In this document: piece by piece, positions 7,277 through 15,976 of the stretch
Layout of the letters: each line of letters starts with the position of its first letter
Numbering within the stretch: the stretch's first letter is position 1
Assembly (NCBI GenBank): GCA_964543385.1
Contig: CAZIYE010000001.1
Span: 240,001-272,000 of the forward strand
DNA length: 32,000 nucleotides
Origin: an uncultured Candidatus Saccharibacteria bacterium
GTDB taxonomy: Bacteria; Patescibacteriota; UBA1384; XYA2-FULL-43-10; 1-14-0-10-43-13
Direction of reading: 5' to 3'
Translations under genes and position numbers: made by a program
Notes under the pieces: generated by a model
What the model saw: the letters and a program-made list of their open reading frames with translations, nothing else
Database searches by the model: none
What the model was told of the DNA's origin: nothing

Positions 7277-8275
7277 ATGTCAAAAATATTTCACCTGCTG
7301 TCTCTATATATGACAGCAAAACAAGTGCACCAAATAATTATGGAAGAAGCTGCTGATGGCACGCTGCTTCCGCGAACTTTCTTCAGTGTTTTCAAAGCAC
7401 TGTGGCGTGGAGATGGCTATGTCATCATTGTATGGGGCATCGCCATCGCTTACGCCGAATGCCACACCAGTAAAGCCTTTCACTCGATTCATTCGGTGAT
7501 ATCAAAGAAGGGCTATAACGGCTGGCACCTAGCAATGCTAGCGTTAGCCAATCGCCTCCAAGAATGCCAGCGTCGTGATAGAAATAAGATCATAATCCTG
7601 GCATGTGCACCAAATATAGCAAGCTGGTATCGAAAATTTGGCTTCGAAATCCAGCCAAAAGAAAGTGCACCGAAGTATATTTGGGGCGGCCGCACTGCAA
7701 AGCAGTGGGCCGTATGTAATCGAGTCTGGATGACCTGCACCAGATCGTCCTATCTCAACAAGAGGAGACAAGGTACCATGGCTAGACCCAACGCTTTTGT
7801 CAAAATTTCAGGCAATTTGCTTGAAAACGCAGCCGTTCTTGAGTGGCTGCGCGAACTTGCAAGATTCTACTTCGTCGTCATTTGTATCGGCGGCGGAGAG
7901 CAAATCAACGCCGTCTACAAAGAAAGAGGCCTGCCAATTAAATTTGGGCCTCTGGGTCGCATCACCAGATCGCTAGAAGAGCGTCAAATCGCCAGGGATA
8001 TCCTCGAGGAAAACCAGGCGATCATCCAAGATTTACTCGACGAAAAAGAGATCAATGCACGGGTAATCATCCCCGTCGAGGAAATAGGCGGGGTTCTCTG
8101 CCACATCAACGGAGATATCATGATGCTGGCAAGTTATCTCGGCTACGACAAACTGTTCATCCTGACCACGAAAGACAGAGTCGAGAAGAAGCAACTCTGG
8201 CTCAAACAAGTCGGCGAAGTCTTCACAGTTATTGAGAAGGGCACGCTCGACAAAGTCGAGGTGATCGGCTTCTGA
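7277..8275 (+). CDS. Putative two-domain protein: N-terminal GNAT-like region and C-terminal amino-acid-kinase-like domain
   Basis: C-terminal half FVKISGNLLEN, VICIGGGEQINAVY, CHINGDIMMLASYLGYDKLFILTTKDRV resembles the AAK superfamily; N-terminal ACAPNIASWYRKFGFEI resembles the GNAT motif. AAGGGGG lies 9 nt before the ATG at 7277, favouring it over 7268. Confidence 0.7.
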   Translation: MSKIFHLLSLYMTAKQVHQIIMEEAADGTLLPRTFFSVFKALWRGDGYVIIVWGIAIAYAECHTSKAFHSIHSVISKKGYNGWHLAMLALANRLQECQRRDRNKIIILACAPNIASWYRKFGFEIQPKESAPKYIWGGRTAKQWAVCNRVWMTCTRSSYLNKRRQGTMARPNAFVKISGNLLENAAVLEWLRELARFYFVVICIGGGEQINAVYKERGLPIKFGPLGRITRSLEERQIARDILEENQAIIQDLLDEKEINARVIIPVEEIGGVLCHINGDIMMLASYLGYDKLFILTTKDRVEKKQLWLKQVGEVFTVIEKGTLDKVEVIGF

Positions 8276-8310
8276 CCAGCGGCAAATGAGAATTTGGTCG
8301 CACCAACTAA

Positions 8311-8340
8311 AGCGTCCCGATGCAAATCGGGGCGCTTCTT
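8311..8340. terminator. Intrinsic terminator
   Basis: AGCGTCCCGAT-GCAA-ATCGGGGCGCT followed by TCTTTAT; shared between convergent genes. Confidence 0.8.
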
Positions 8341-8996
8341 TATTTACTCAGAGTACCAACAATCGGGTATTTAGCAAGAGCACTTTTTGCATGCCGACTA
8401 TAAAAAGCATTTGTTAATTCTTTGCCCGCATAATGAGAAAAATGTTTACCTTGTTGAAAAACACTAGAAAGATCATACACCTGACCATCTACAGCAACAT
8501 AGGCTGGCTGATCATTGACGCCATTGAATTTAGCAAGTTCAGCAACAGTAAATGTTTTAGACGCAGTATTATTTGAGGTTTGATTTTCCGATTGCGTCTG
8601 GCCATTATCAACTATATTACTATTCAAAGATTCTTTTTTATTATCGATAACATCAGATTGCACTTTGGAAGTTTCTGAATCTGTCTTCGGCGTGATATAA
8701 AAACGATCAACATAGATAAAACCTGAGACAAAAAGAAGATAGAAAAGAGCAAGTATAGTGGCAGTAAAAACATTCCAGATACACCAACGCTTAAAAGCCA
8801 AATGAATGGCATAGTAAGTATGAACCACAAAAGCAATTATCACTATGAAGGCAAGATAATTTAAATGAATTTTACTCGCTAAGGAAGAGCTAATAATACC
8901 TTTCGTCATGCCATAGCCGCTAATGAGATATAGGAGCATGCCAATCAATAAAACCCAAGCCGAGATACGATCAATTTTAATAAGAAATTTTTGCAT
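8340..8996 (-). CDS. Membrane protein with C-terminal cytochrome b5-like heme-binding domain
   Basis: N-terminal TM helices with conserved His; C-terminus KTFTVAELAKFNGVNDQPAYVAVDGQVYDLSSVFQQGKHFSHYAGKELTNAFYSRH resembles Cyt-b5 domains. Confidence 0.75.
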   Translation of the reverse strand: MQKFLIKIDRISAWVLLIGMLLYLISGYGMTKGIISSSLASKIHLNYLAFIVIIAFVVHTYYAIHLAFKRWCIWNVFTATILALFYLLFVSGFIYVDRFYITPKTDSETSKVQSDVIDNKKESLNSNIVDNGQTQSENQTSNNTASKTFTVAELAKFNGVNDQPAYVAVDGQVYDLSSVFQQGKHFSHYAGKELTNAFYSRHAKSALAKYPIVGTLSK

Positions 8997-9004
8997 AATT
9001 TTTG

Positions 9005-10717
9005 TTAATCCTTTGCTTTTATATCAATAATATTTAGTGATAATTTTTTATCCCCTCTCCATTCTTCCTGATTCAAAGAAAAAGCGATGTTATACGATTT
9101 ATCATAATTTATCATACTTTTTTCAAATGGGAAGTTGAAATAAATAGACTTTATCTTCGAATCTTTTTCTTTTGCCATCGCAGAAAAATGATTGGAATCT
9201 TTACCCACAAAACGGAAGTTTTCAAAGGCTATATCCCCTGCCGTGAAAACCGGTCTGGGGTTAGCCAAACCGAATGGCTCAAATTGCAAAAGTTCCTCAA
9301 AGAGCTTGAAGGTCATCTCTGGAAATTTAACCTCAGCATCGATAGAAACTTTTTTGATTAGATTATCATCACTTATTTCCTTATTAGAGATATCTGTCAG
9401 AGCGTTCACGAAATCTCCAAATTTTTCCCGAGACACAGAGAGCCCTGCTGCTCCTTTGTGTCCACCGTATTTATTGATTAGGTCTTTAATTTTCTCCAAA
9501 AGTTCAACAATATTTACTCCCGAAACACTTCTGGCGCTACCAGTATAATCATCTTTACCAATTGAAAACAAAATCACTGGTCTGGCATATTTTTCCACCA
9601 ATCTGCTCGCCGTAGGACCGATAATCCCCTTGGTCCACTTGCCAGAGACAATGATGATCTTATTTTTATATAAGCCCTCTTCTTCAATCTTTTTGATCGC
9701 TTCACGTTCGAGACTATCCATTTCAGCTTGTCGTTCTTCATTTTTCTCGTTAAGAGATATGGCTAATTCTTTTGCCTCATTTGGCACGTTAGTAATTAGA
9801 AGCTCGAAAGATTTAGTCGCCGAGTCCATGCGGCCTGGTGCATTTATCCTGGGAGCTATCTGAAAACCGACTGCATATGCGCCAACATTTTCTGGCAAAA
9901 TATTCGACACTTTATAGAGTTCTTGCAAGCCTAAATTTTTTGTCTTTCTCAAAACCATTAGCCCATATTTGACCAAAGCTCTATTTTCGTCAGATAGGGG
10001 AACCACATCGGAGATCGTAGATATTGCTACCAAATCGAGATTCCACTTTAAAAACTTTTCATCCAATTCTTTTGGAAAATATTTTGACAAGGCTTGGATC
10101 AATTTATAGCCGACAGCACAACCACATAATTCTTTGAAAGGATATTTATCCCCTTCCCTTTTTGGGTTTATCACAAAATTTGCCTTTGGGATCTCTTCAC
10201 CCGGTAAGTGATGGTCGGTAATAATAAGGTCAACACCCTTTTCTTTGCAATAAGACGGCTCAGTAAGATTTCTAATTCCTAGGTCAATAGTAATAACAAG
10301 AGAACAACCCTTTCCGATAAGATTGTCTATCCCCTCTTTGGACAACCCATAGCCACCTTCACGATTTGGGATGTAAACATGCGCTTCAACGCCAATGGCC
10401 CCAAGAGCCCGGTACATCAGTGCTGCTCCTGGAATTCCGTCAGCATCATAGTCTGAAAAAATGCCAATTTTTTCTTTGTCTTCTACCGCTTTTTTGATTC
10501 TCTCAACTGCCCCCGCCATATCAGTCATTAGATAAGGGTCATATAGATCATCACTAAAATTTGGTTTAAAAAACTTAAGTTTCTTTTCCTCATCATCCTT
10601 ATCGAAAATTACTCCCCTATTATAAAGAAGCTGATCTATTAACGAGTCAAATTTACGCTCTTTTACCTCCCAAATTTTTTCCACGATCCCTCTATGATTA
10701 ACCAAATTATTAAACAA
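9005..10717 (-). CDS. recJ: Single-stranded-DNA-specific exonuclease RecJ (DHH family)
   Basis: FSDYDADGIPGAALMYRAL, ITIDLGI, DLIITDHHLPGE, GCAVGYKLIQAL, GHKGAAGLSV. Confidence 0.93.
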   Translation of the reverse strand: MFNNLVNHRGIVEKIWEVKERKFDSLIDQLLYNRGVIFDKDDEEKKLKFFKPNFSDDLYDPYLMTDMAGAVERIKKAVEDKEKIGIFSDYDADGIPGAALMYRALGAIGVEAHVYIPNREGGYGLSKEGIDNLIGKGCSLVITIDLGIRNLTEPSYCKEKGVDLIITDHHLPGEEIPKANFVINPKREGDKYPFKELCGCAVGYKLIQALSKYFPKELDEKFLKWNLDLVAISTISDVVPLSDENRALVKYGLMVLRKTKNLGLQELYKVSNILPENVGAYAVGFQIAPRINAPGRMDSATKSFELLITNVPNEAKELAISLNEKNEERQAEMDSLEREAIKKIEEEGLYKNKIIIVSGKWTKGIIGPTASRLVEKYARPVILFSIGKDDYTGSARSVSGVNIVELLEKIKDLINKYGGHKGAAGLSVSREKFGDFVNALTDISNKEISDDNLIKKVSIDAEVKFPEMTFKLFEELLQFEPFGLANPRPVFTAGDIAFENFRFVGKDSNHFSAMAKEKDSKIKSIYFNFPFEKSMINYDKSYNIAFSLNQEEWRGDKKLSLNIIDIKAKD

Positions 10718-10743
10718 TTTACCTGCAATCCACTATCTACCCT

Positions 10744-11550
10744 CTACTTATAATACGCCCAGCCATCTACTCGAATATCAACATATTCTTTTATATCCTG
10801 ACGTTTAGAAACCAATACTTTCTTCAAATTTTCCAGCTGCTTTTTGCTACTTCTTAGAGTATTAAATTTTATATAGAACCCAGCATCAGTTTTCAAAACA
10901 ACATCAAATGTTGTCTCACCAACTTCAAAATCAAGCGGTTTTATATTTACAGTTTCATAAAAATTACTATTAATATTTACAATAAATGCGATGAAATTTG
11001 GAGAAACCAGTTGTGTTCCTGGTACAACCGGTAAGTTTGTCTTATCTATTATTTTTGATAAACCGGCACCCTCATCACCAACGATTCTCCGGACAACTTC
11101 ACCCTGATCACTGACGAGATAAACACTATCGCCGGATTGCCAGCTTATTTTACCCTCTCGCTCCAATAGAACTATTTTAATAGCATTTGGAATGCCTCTA
11201 TAAATTTCCACCGATTTTATCTCTGGAAACTTATTCAACAAAGTTCTCTTCGTTCCCTGAATATTAAAACGGAAGATATTTTGACCAGTCGGTATGGATT
11301 CTTTGACCAAATCTTTCGACAATAAGGAGTTACCCTCAACGATTATTTCTCCAACCCTAAACCAACTTGATAATAGAAAAACGTAGCCTAAGATACACAA
11401 CAATATAACATATAGTAATATCTTAAATCCCCACTTGGGAAATGAGTTTTGACTCTCGTCTTTAGACCTAGCGCCAAAAAGCTGAGGCGCTTTATACCTC
11501 TTGATATTGATTCCCTGTCCGCGTCTAACTTTTTTGTTGAAAGCTACCAT
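10744..11550 (-). CDS. ftsQ: Cell division protein FtsQ-like (POTRA domain)
   Basis: Single N-terminal TM then FRVGEIIVEGNSLLSKDLVKESI and FPEIKSVEIYRGIPNAIKIVLLEREG; position next to murB. Confidence 0.85.
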   Translation of the reverse strand: MVAFNKKVRRGQGINIKRYKAPQLFGARSKDESQNSFPKWGFKILLYVILLCILGYVFLLSSWFRVGEIIVEGNSLLSKDLVKESIPTGQNIFRFNIQGTKRTLLNKFPEIKSVEIYRGIPNAIKIVLLEREGKISWQSGDSVYLVSDQGEVVRRIVGDEGAGLSKIIDKTNLPVVPGTQLVSPNFIAFIVNINSNFYETVNIKPLDFEVGETTFDVVLKTDAGFYIKFNTLRSSKKQLENLKKVLVSKRQDIKEYVDIRVDGWAYYK

Positions 11551-12482
11551 TTGCCAATATATTCGACTTCTTCGCCAAGTCTAATGTTTGATTTGCTCTC
11601 TACTAAATCCTTGGCCTTCTCGGCCAGAGAACGCACATCTGTAGCAGTCGCGTTTTTCTTATTTATTAGGAAATTAGCATGTTTCTTGGAGAATTCAGCG
11701 CCACCAACTCTAAGTCTTTTAGCCCCTGCGCTATCCAGCAAATAACCGGCTGATTGCTCTTTACCCAAACCGTTATTTTTGAAAAAACTACCCGAAGAGG
11801 CCTCACTTAAAGGCTGAGAATTCTTTTTCTTTGCGATGCTTTCCTGCATCATTCTCAATATCTCATCCTTGCGCCTTTGGACCAATTGCAAGGTTGCAGT
11901 CAGAATCACTGGTTTAAATCTAGAATCACTGTATTCTCTCTTTAACCTAGAGGAACGATACGAATGGTCCATCCAACTTGCTGAATGCTTAACAATCGTC
12001 ATTTTATCTTCGCCAGGCAACATAATAGTCAAAGATTTTACAAAATCACCGATTTCATGACCAAATGCTCCAGCATTTCCATATATGGAACCCCCTATTG
12101 TTCCAGGAACGCCGAACAGAAATTCCAATCCTCCGAGATCTCTCCCAGCCGCCAAATTTATAAGTTTACCGAGGTTTACTCCCCCATCAGCTATAACAGT
12201 AGAAAAATTTGGACTAAATACAATATTTGACGATTCATTCTTTATTACGATACCGGGAAAACCAGCATCCGATGGGACAACATTATACCCTCCTCCCAAA
12301 ACAAAGTAGGGAATCTTATATTTATAAGCAGTGGAAACAGCATTCACTAAATCTTCGATTCTTTTTGCTACATAGAAAAAGTCTGCGACTCCACCGACCT
12401 TTAAGCTAACATAGTCTTTCAACACGACATTTTGTTTCAGATCTTCCCCAAGCTCTTTGCGAAGAATTTCGTCGTTAGTCAT
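11544..12482 (-). CDS. murB: UDP-N-acetylenolpyruvoylglucosamine reductase
   Basis: LKVGGVADFFYVAK, LGGGYNVV, GLEFLFGVPGTIGGSIYGNAGAFG, SGSFFKNN, HANFLINKKNATATDV. Confidence 0.97.
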   Translation of the reverse strand: MTNDEILRKELGEDLKQNVVLKDYVSLKVGGVADFFYVAKRIEDLVNAVSTAYKYKIPYFVLGGGYNVVPSDAGFPGIVIKNESSNIVFSPNFSTVIADGGVNLGKLINLAAGRDLGGLEFLFGVPGTIGGSIYGNAGAFGHEIGDFVKSLTIMLPGEDKMTIVKHSASWMDHSYRSSRLKREYSDSRFKPVILTATLQLVQRRKDEILRMMQESIAKKKNSQPLSEASSGSFFKNNGLGKEQSAGYLLDSAGAKRLRVGGAEFSKKHANFLINKKNATATDVRSLAEKAKDLVESKSNIRLGEEVEYIGKW

Positions 12483-13746
12483 GCGCCTCCTTCAGAATTT
12501 CATCAGAAATTTTATATACGGGAGGAATGCCAATAGTAAGAAGGACTGAATTTTTGTTTAAGTTATCTTTAAGATAATCAACTATCTCCTCATCACTCGC
12601 GAAATATTTCGCGTTGTTCGTCTTCTTGTTAATAGCTAGCACAAGATCTTCTGAAGAAATATCCAACACCTCGTCACGTCCGGGTACAAAAAATATTGGC
12701 TTAACAATCACCTCGTCAGCGTCAGCAAAAGAATCTGCAAATTCAGATAATAGAGATAAGATCCTTTTGTATTGATGTGGCCAAAAGACAACAACCCTAT
12801 GTTTATCTGTGTACCTCTCCTTAAGCGCCGACAATGTAGACTTAATTTCAGTAGGATGATGACCATAATCGTCGACTAGATCAGCGCCATTGTATTGGCC
12901 CTTCAATTCAAAACGACGGTGGGCATTTTTAAATTTAGATAATACCTTGGTAACATCCTCTTGTTTTATCTTTAGACAATCAGCAAGAGCCAAAACTGAC
13001 ATCGCATTCTGAAGATTATGTTTACCAGGGATAGCCATCTCGAAATCTATATGGTTATATTTCTCAGAATCCCTGCCGTAAAAAACAATTTCTGCCTTAG
13101 TTTTTGATTTAGTCACAACATCGAGAATATTTTTGTCATCAGCACAAGCGATGATAATTCCATCATCGGCCACATTGTTTAAATATTTAATAAAAGTCTC
13201 TTTTATCTCAGGAAGACCTCCGGGATAAGTATCAAGGTGCTCTTCTTCGATATTAGTTAGGATTAAAATATTTGGCCGAAAGTCCAAGAAACTTCTATCA
13301 TATTCGCAAGCCTCCATGACAAACCAATCTGATTTACCGAATCTTATTACATCATTATCAAATTCTTTTAGTCTATCCCCGACTAAAACAGTCGGATCAA
13401 AACCAGCTTCAATCAGCAAAAGGCCAACCATCGATGTGATAGTGGTCTTGCCGTGCATACCAGAGATTGCAATTACTTTCTTATCCTTTGTCAGCTCGCC
13501 AAGCAATTCTGATCTTTTGACAACCTTAATCCCCAATCTTTTTGCAGCCGCTACTTCAACCCAACCATCGCAACCAGGATTGACTGCTGATGTCCTAACA
13601 ACAACATCAACATCAGGAGCTACGTTAGTTGCCGAATGACCGCCACTCTTAAGATCTGATCCGGAAACCGTATGGCCAATATTTTGTAAATATTTTTTAA
13701 TGCCCCTCATCGAGATGCCCTGATCTCCGATCAAGTGATATTTCAT
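12475..13746 (-). CDS. murC: UDP-N-acetylmuramate--L-alanine ligase
   Basis: IAISGMHGKTTITSMVG, ILTNIEEEHLDTY, HRRFELKG, LVDDYGHHPTEIKSTL, VFWPHQYKR. Confidence 0.97.
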   Translation of the reverse strand: MKYHLIGDQGISMRGIKKYLQNIGHTVSGSDLKSGGHSATNVAPDVDVVVRTSAVNPGCDGWVEVAAAKRLGIKVVKRSELLGELTKDKKVIAISGMHGKTTITSMVGLLLIEAGFDPTVLVGDRLKEFDNDVIRFGKSDWFVMEACEYDRSFLDFRPNILILTNIEEEHLDTYPGGLPEIKETFIKYLNNVADDGIIIACADDKNILDVVTKSKTKAEIVFYGRDSEKYNHIDFEMAIPGKHNLQNAMSVLALADCLKIKQEDVTKVLSKFKNAHRRFELKGQYNGADLVDDYGHHPTEIKSTLSALKERYTDKHRVVVFWPHQYKRILSLLSEFADSFADADEVIVKPIFFVPGRDEVLDISSEDLVLAINKKTNNAKYFASDEEIVDYLKDNLNKNSVLLTIGIPPVYKISDEILKEAHD

Positions 13747-14855
13747 AAAACCTCTTTCAAAATATTATCTGAGACAATTTTTAATCCACTTTGTGGAAAT
13801 ATTCTCTCATATTTTTCGGATAATGTCTCGATATTTGGTTTCTCGGCCATAATTTCATCGATTAATTTTGTCAAAACATCGGGATTCAAATCCTTATCAT
13901 GAAGGATAGGGAAACCAGTAATAGCGCTTATTTCCTTTGCGTTTTTATTTTGATGGTCACCGGATGAATGTTGATATGGCACCATAATCATTGGCTTTCT
14001 GAGGATTGCAATTTCAGCCAAAGTATTTAGGCCGCAGCGGGTTATAATCAGGTCTGCCTTTTTCATTGCTATATACATCATATTTTTGTCATCAACAAAA
14101 CTGAAAAAATCTTTTACAAAATATGAAGACTTCATATCACTGCAAAGACCATCTTTGGCGTCAGTCGCATCGTCATAAGAAAATGTTCCCGTTTGATGGA
14201 TTATATTGTATCTGGGTAATAAATTGTCCAAGGAGGCAATAACCGTATCGTTGACGATCTTTGATCCCTGACTACCACCAGTTACTAATAAAGTTGGCTT
14301 ATTATTATCAAAACCAAATTCAAAATGGCCAGTGTCAGCAGGTATTCGAACAAGCTGACCAACAAATTCTACTTTGCTAGACCATGGATACTGCTGGAAA
14401 AACTTGGCAGGAAAACCGGTGAATATCTTCTTTGCCCCATCTGCAGCTATCCGGTTAGAAAAACCCATTTCAATATCAGATTCATGAATGTAATAAGTTA
14501 TCCCAAGTACTCTAGCCCAAAAAGTAATTGGCAAAGACACGTATCCCCCTTTAGCAAAAATAACTTTTGGTCTTATGTCTATCAATAAAAACAATGCCTG
14601 AAAAAAACCAATCGTTAATTTAAATAATTCGATAATATTTTTCCAAGTTATAACACGGTGCATTTTTCCGGCAAAGATCTTATGGTATCCTGGAATCTTA
14701 CCGTAAAAATTTTCTTCGATTTCACCGCCCGCACCAACAATAGTTAGCTTTAGTCCCTCATATGTTTTAAGAATTTTATATATTTCGAAAATTGGCACCA
14801 CATGACCGCCAGAACCACCACCAACGAGTAATACATTTTGCTGAGTTTTTTGCAT
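13743..14855 (-). CDS. murG: UDP-N-acetylglucosamine--N-acetylmuramyl-(pentapeptide) pyrophosphoryl-undecaprenol N-acetylglucosamine transferase
   Basis: VGGGSGGHVVPIFEI, FAKGGYVSLPI, YYIHESDIEMGFSNRI, LVTGGSQGSKIVND, LIITRCGLNTLAEI. Confidence 0.95.
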   Translation of the reverse strand: MQKTQQNVLLVGGGSGGHVVPIFEIYKILKTYEGLKLTIVGAGGEIEENFYGKIPGYHKIFAGKMHRVITWKNIIELFKLTIGFFQALFLLIDIRPKVIFAKGGYVSLPITFWARVLGITYYIHESDIEMGFSNRIAADGAKKIFTGFPAKFFQQYPWSSKVEFVGQLVRIPADTGHFEFGFDNNKPTLLVTGGSQGSKIVNDTVIASLDNLLPRYNIIHQTGTFSYDDATDAKDGLCSDMKSSYFVKDFFSFVDDKNMMYIAMKKADLIITRCGLNTLAEIAILRKPMIMVPYQHSSGDHQNKNAKEISAITGFPILHDKDLNPDVLTKLIDEIMAEKPNIETLSEKYERIFPQSGLKIVSDNILKEVL

Positions 14856-14857
14856 AT

Positions 14858-15976
14858 TTACCTTCTGCTTTCCATAATTTGGTGCTTCGATATATTAGTT
14901 AAAATCCCAACCGCTGCAAGTAAAACTACCAATGATGTACCACCATAACTGATGAAAGGCAACGGTATGCCCGTAAGAGGGATCAGAGAAAACATTGCTG
15001 CAATATTTATAAACATTTGGTAAAAGACCCAGATAACAATCCCTGAAGCTAAAAGCCTGGCAAAAATATCCGGAGCATTTCTTACTATTTTTAACCCCCT
15101 AAAAGCTATCAAGGTGAAAACTACGATTACCAGTGCAGCCCTCACAAAACCAAGCTCTTCGCTGACAATAGCAAATATCGAGTCGGTGTGCGCCTCCGGA
15201 AGATACAAATATTTCTGTCTACTTTGGCCAAAGCCCAAACCCCATAGTCCGCCTGAGCCGATAGCAATCAAAGCATTTTGAATATGGTATCCTGCCGCTA
15301 AATTATTATCACCGGGGTTTAAGAAAGTGAGCAGTCTCTGCATTCGATATGGCTCAATCTTGATTGCTATCCAAAGCAGTGAAGCTGCAAGCCCACCAGC
15401 ACCGACAATTTGGTATATAGGGGCACCAGCCATTATAAATATTCCAGCTGCGATAAGGGAGAAGATGGAGAGAGTTCCAAGATCTTTCTGAATTAACATT
15501 AAGAATGCAATGAATCCCACGATTCCAACAAATGGCCAAAACATTTTTTTGACTTTTTCTACACTATCACCCTGACGTGCAAACCATCCTGCGAGATATA
15601 CAAGGAAGGTTAGCTTGGCAAATTCAGCAGGCTGGAAATTTATTGGACCGATGTGAATCCACCGACCAGATGAAGCAAAACCAAAAGGATGCAGTAGTAT
15701 AGGTAACGCTAATAAGAAAATAGTAATAAAGAAACAAATGCCAGCGTATTTTAACCAATATTTGTAACTGATAGCCTGAAAGAATACCCAAACGGCTAAT
15801 CCAAGCAAAACAGTAGAAATCTGCTTTTTCAGGAAAAGTTTATCAGTGCCATTATCAGTGATCTCTAAAGAATAGTATTTAGAAACAGAATAAATCGCGA
15901 TTAATCCAAAGGCGATTAATCCAAAAACTAACAATGATAATAAATAATCTGAATGTTTTTTATTTGTCTTGTTCAT
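14858..15976 (-). CDS. ftsW: SEDS-family lipid II polymerase/flippase-like protein FtsW
   Basis: GSSGRWIHIGPINFQPAEFAKLTFLVYLA-like motif, DLGTLSIF, YLPEAHTDSIFAIVSEELGFV, TGIPLPFISYGGTSLVVLLAAVGILTNISKH. Confidence 0.96.
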   Translation of the reverse strand: MNKTNKKHSDYLLSLLVFGLIAFGLIAIYSVSKYYSLEITDNGTDKLFLKKQISTVLLGLAVWVFFQAISYKYWLKYAGICFFITIFLLALPILLHPFGFASSGRWIHIGPINFQPAEFAKLTFLVYLAGWFARQGDSVEKVKKMFWPFVGIVGFIAFLMLIQKDLGTLSIFSLIAAGIFIMAGAPIYQIVGAGGLAASLLWIAIKIEPYRMQRLLTFLNPGDNNLAAGYHIQNALIAIGSGGLWGLGFGQSRQKYLYLPEAHTDSIFAIVSEELGFVRAALVIVVFTLIAFRGLKIVRNAPDIFARLLASGIVIWVFYQMFINIAAMFSLIPLTGIPLPFISYGGTSLVVLLAAVGILTNISKHQIMESRR

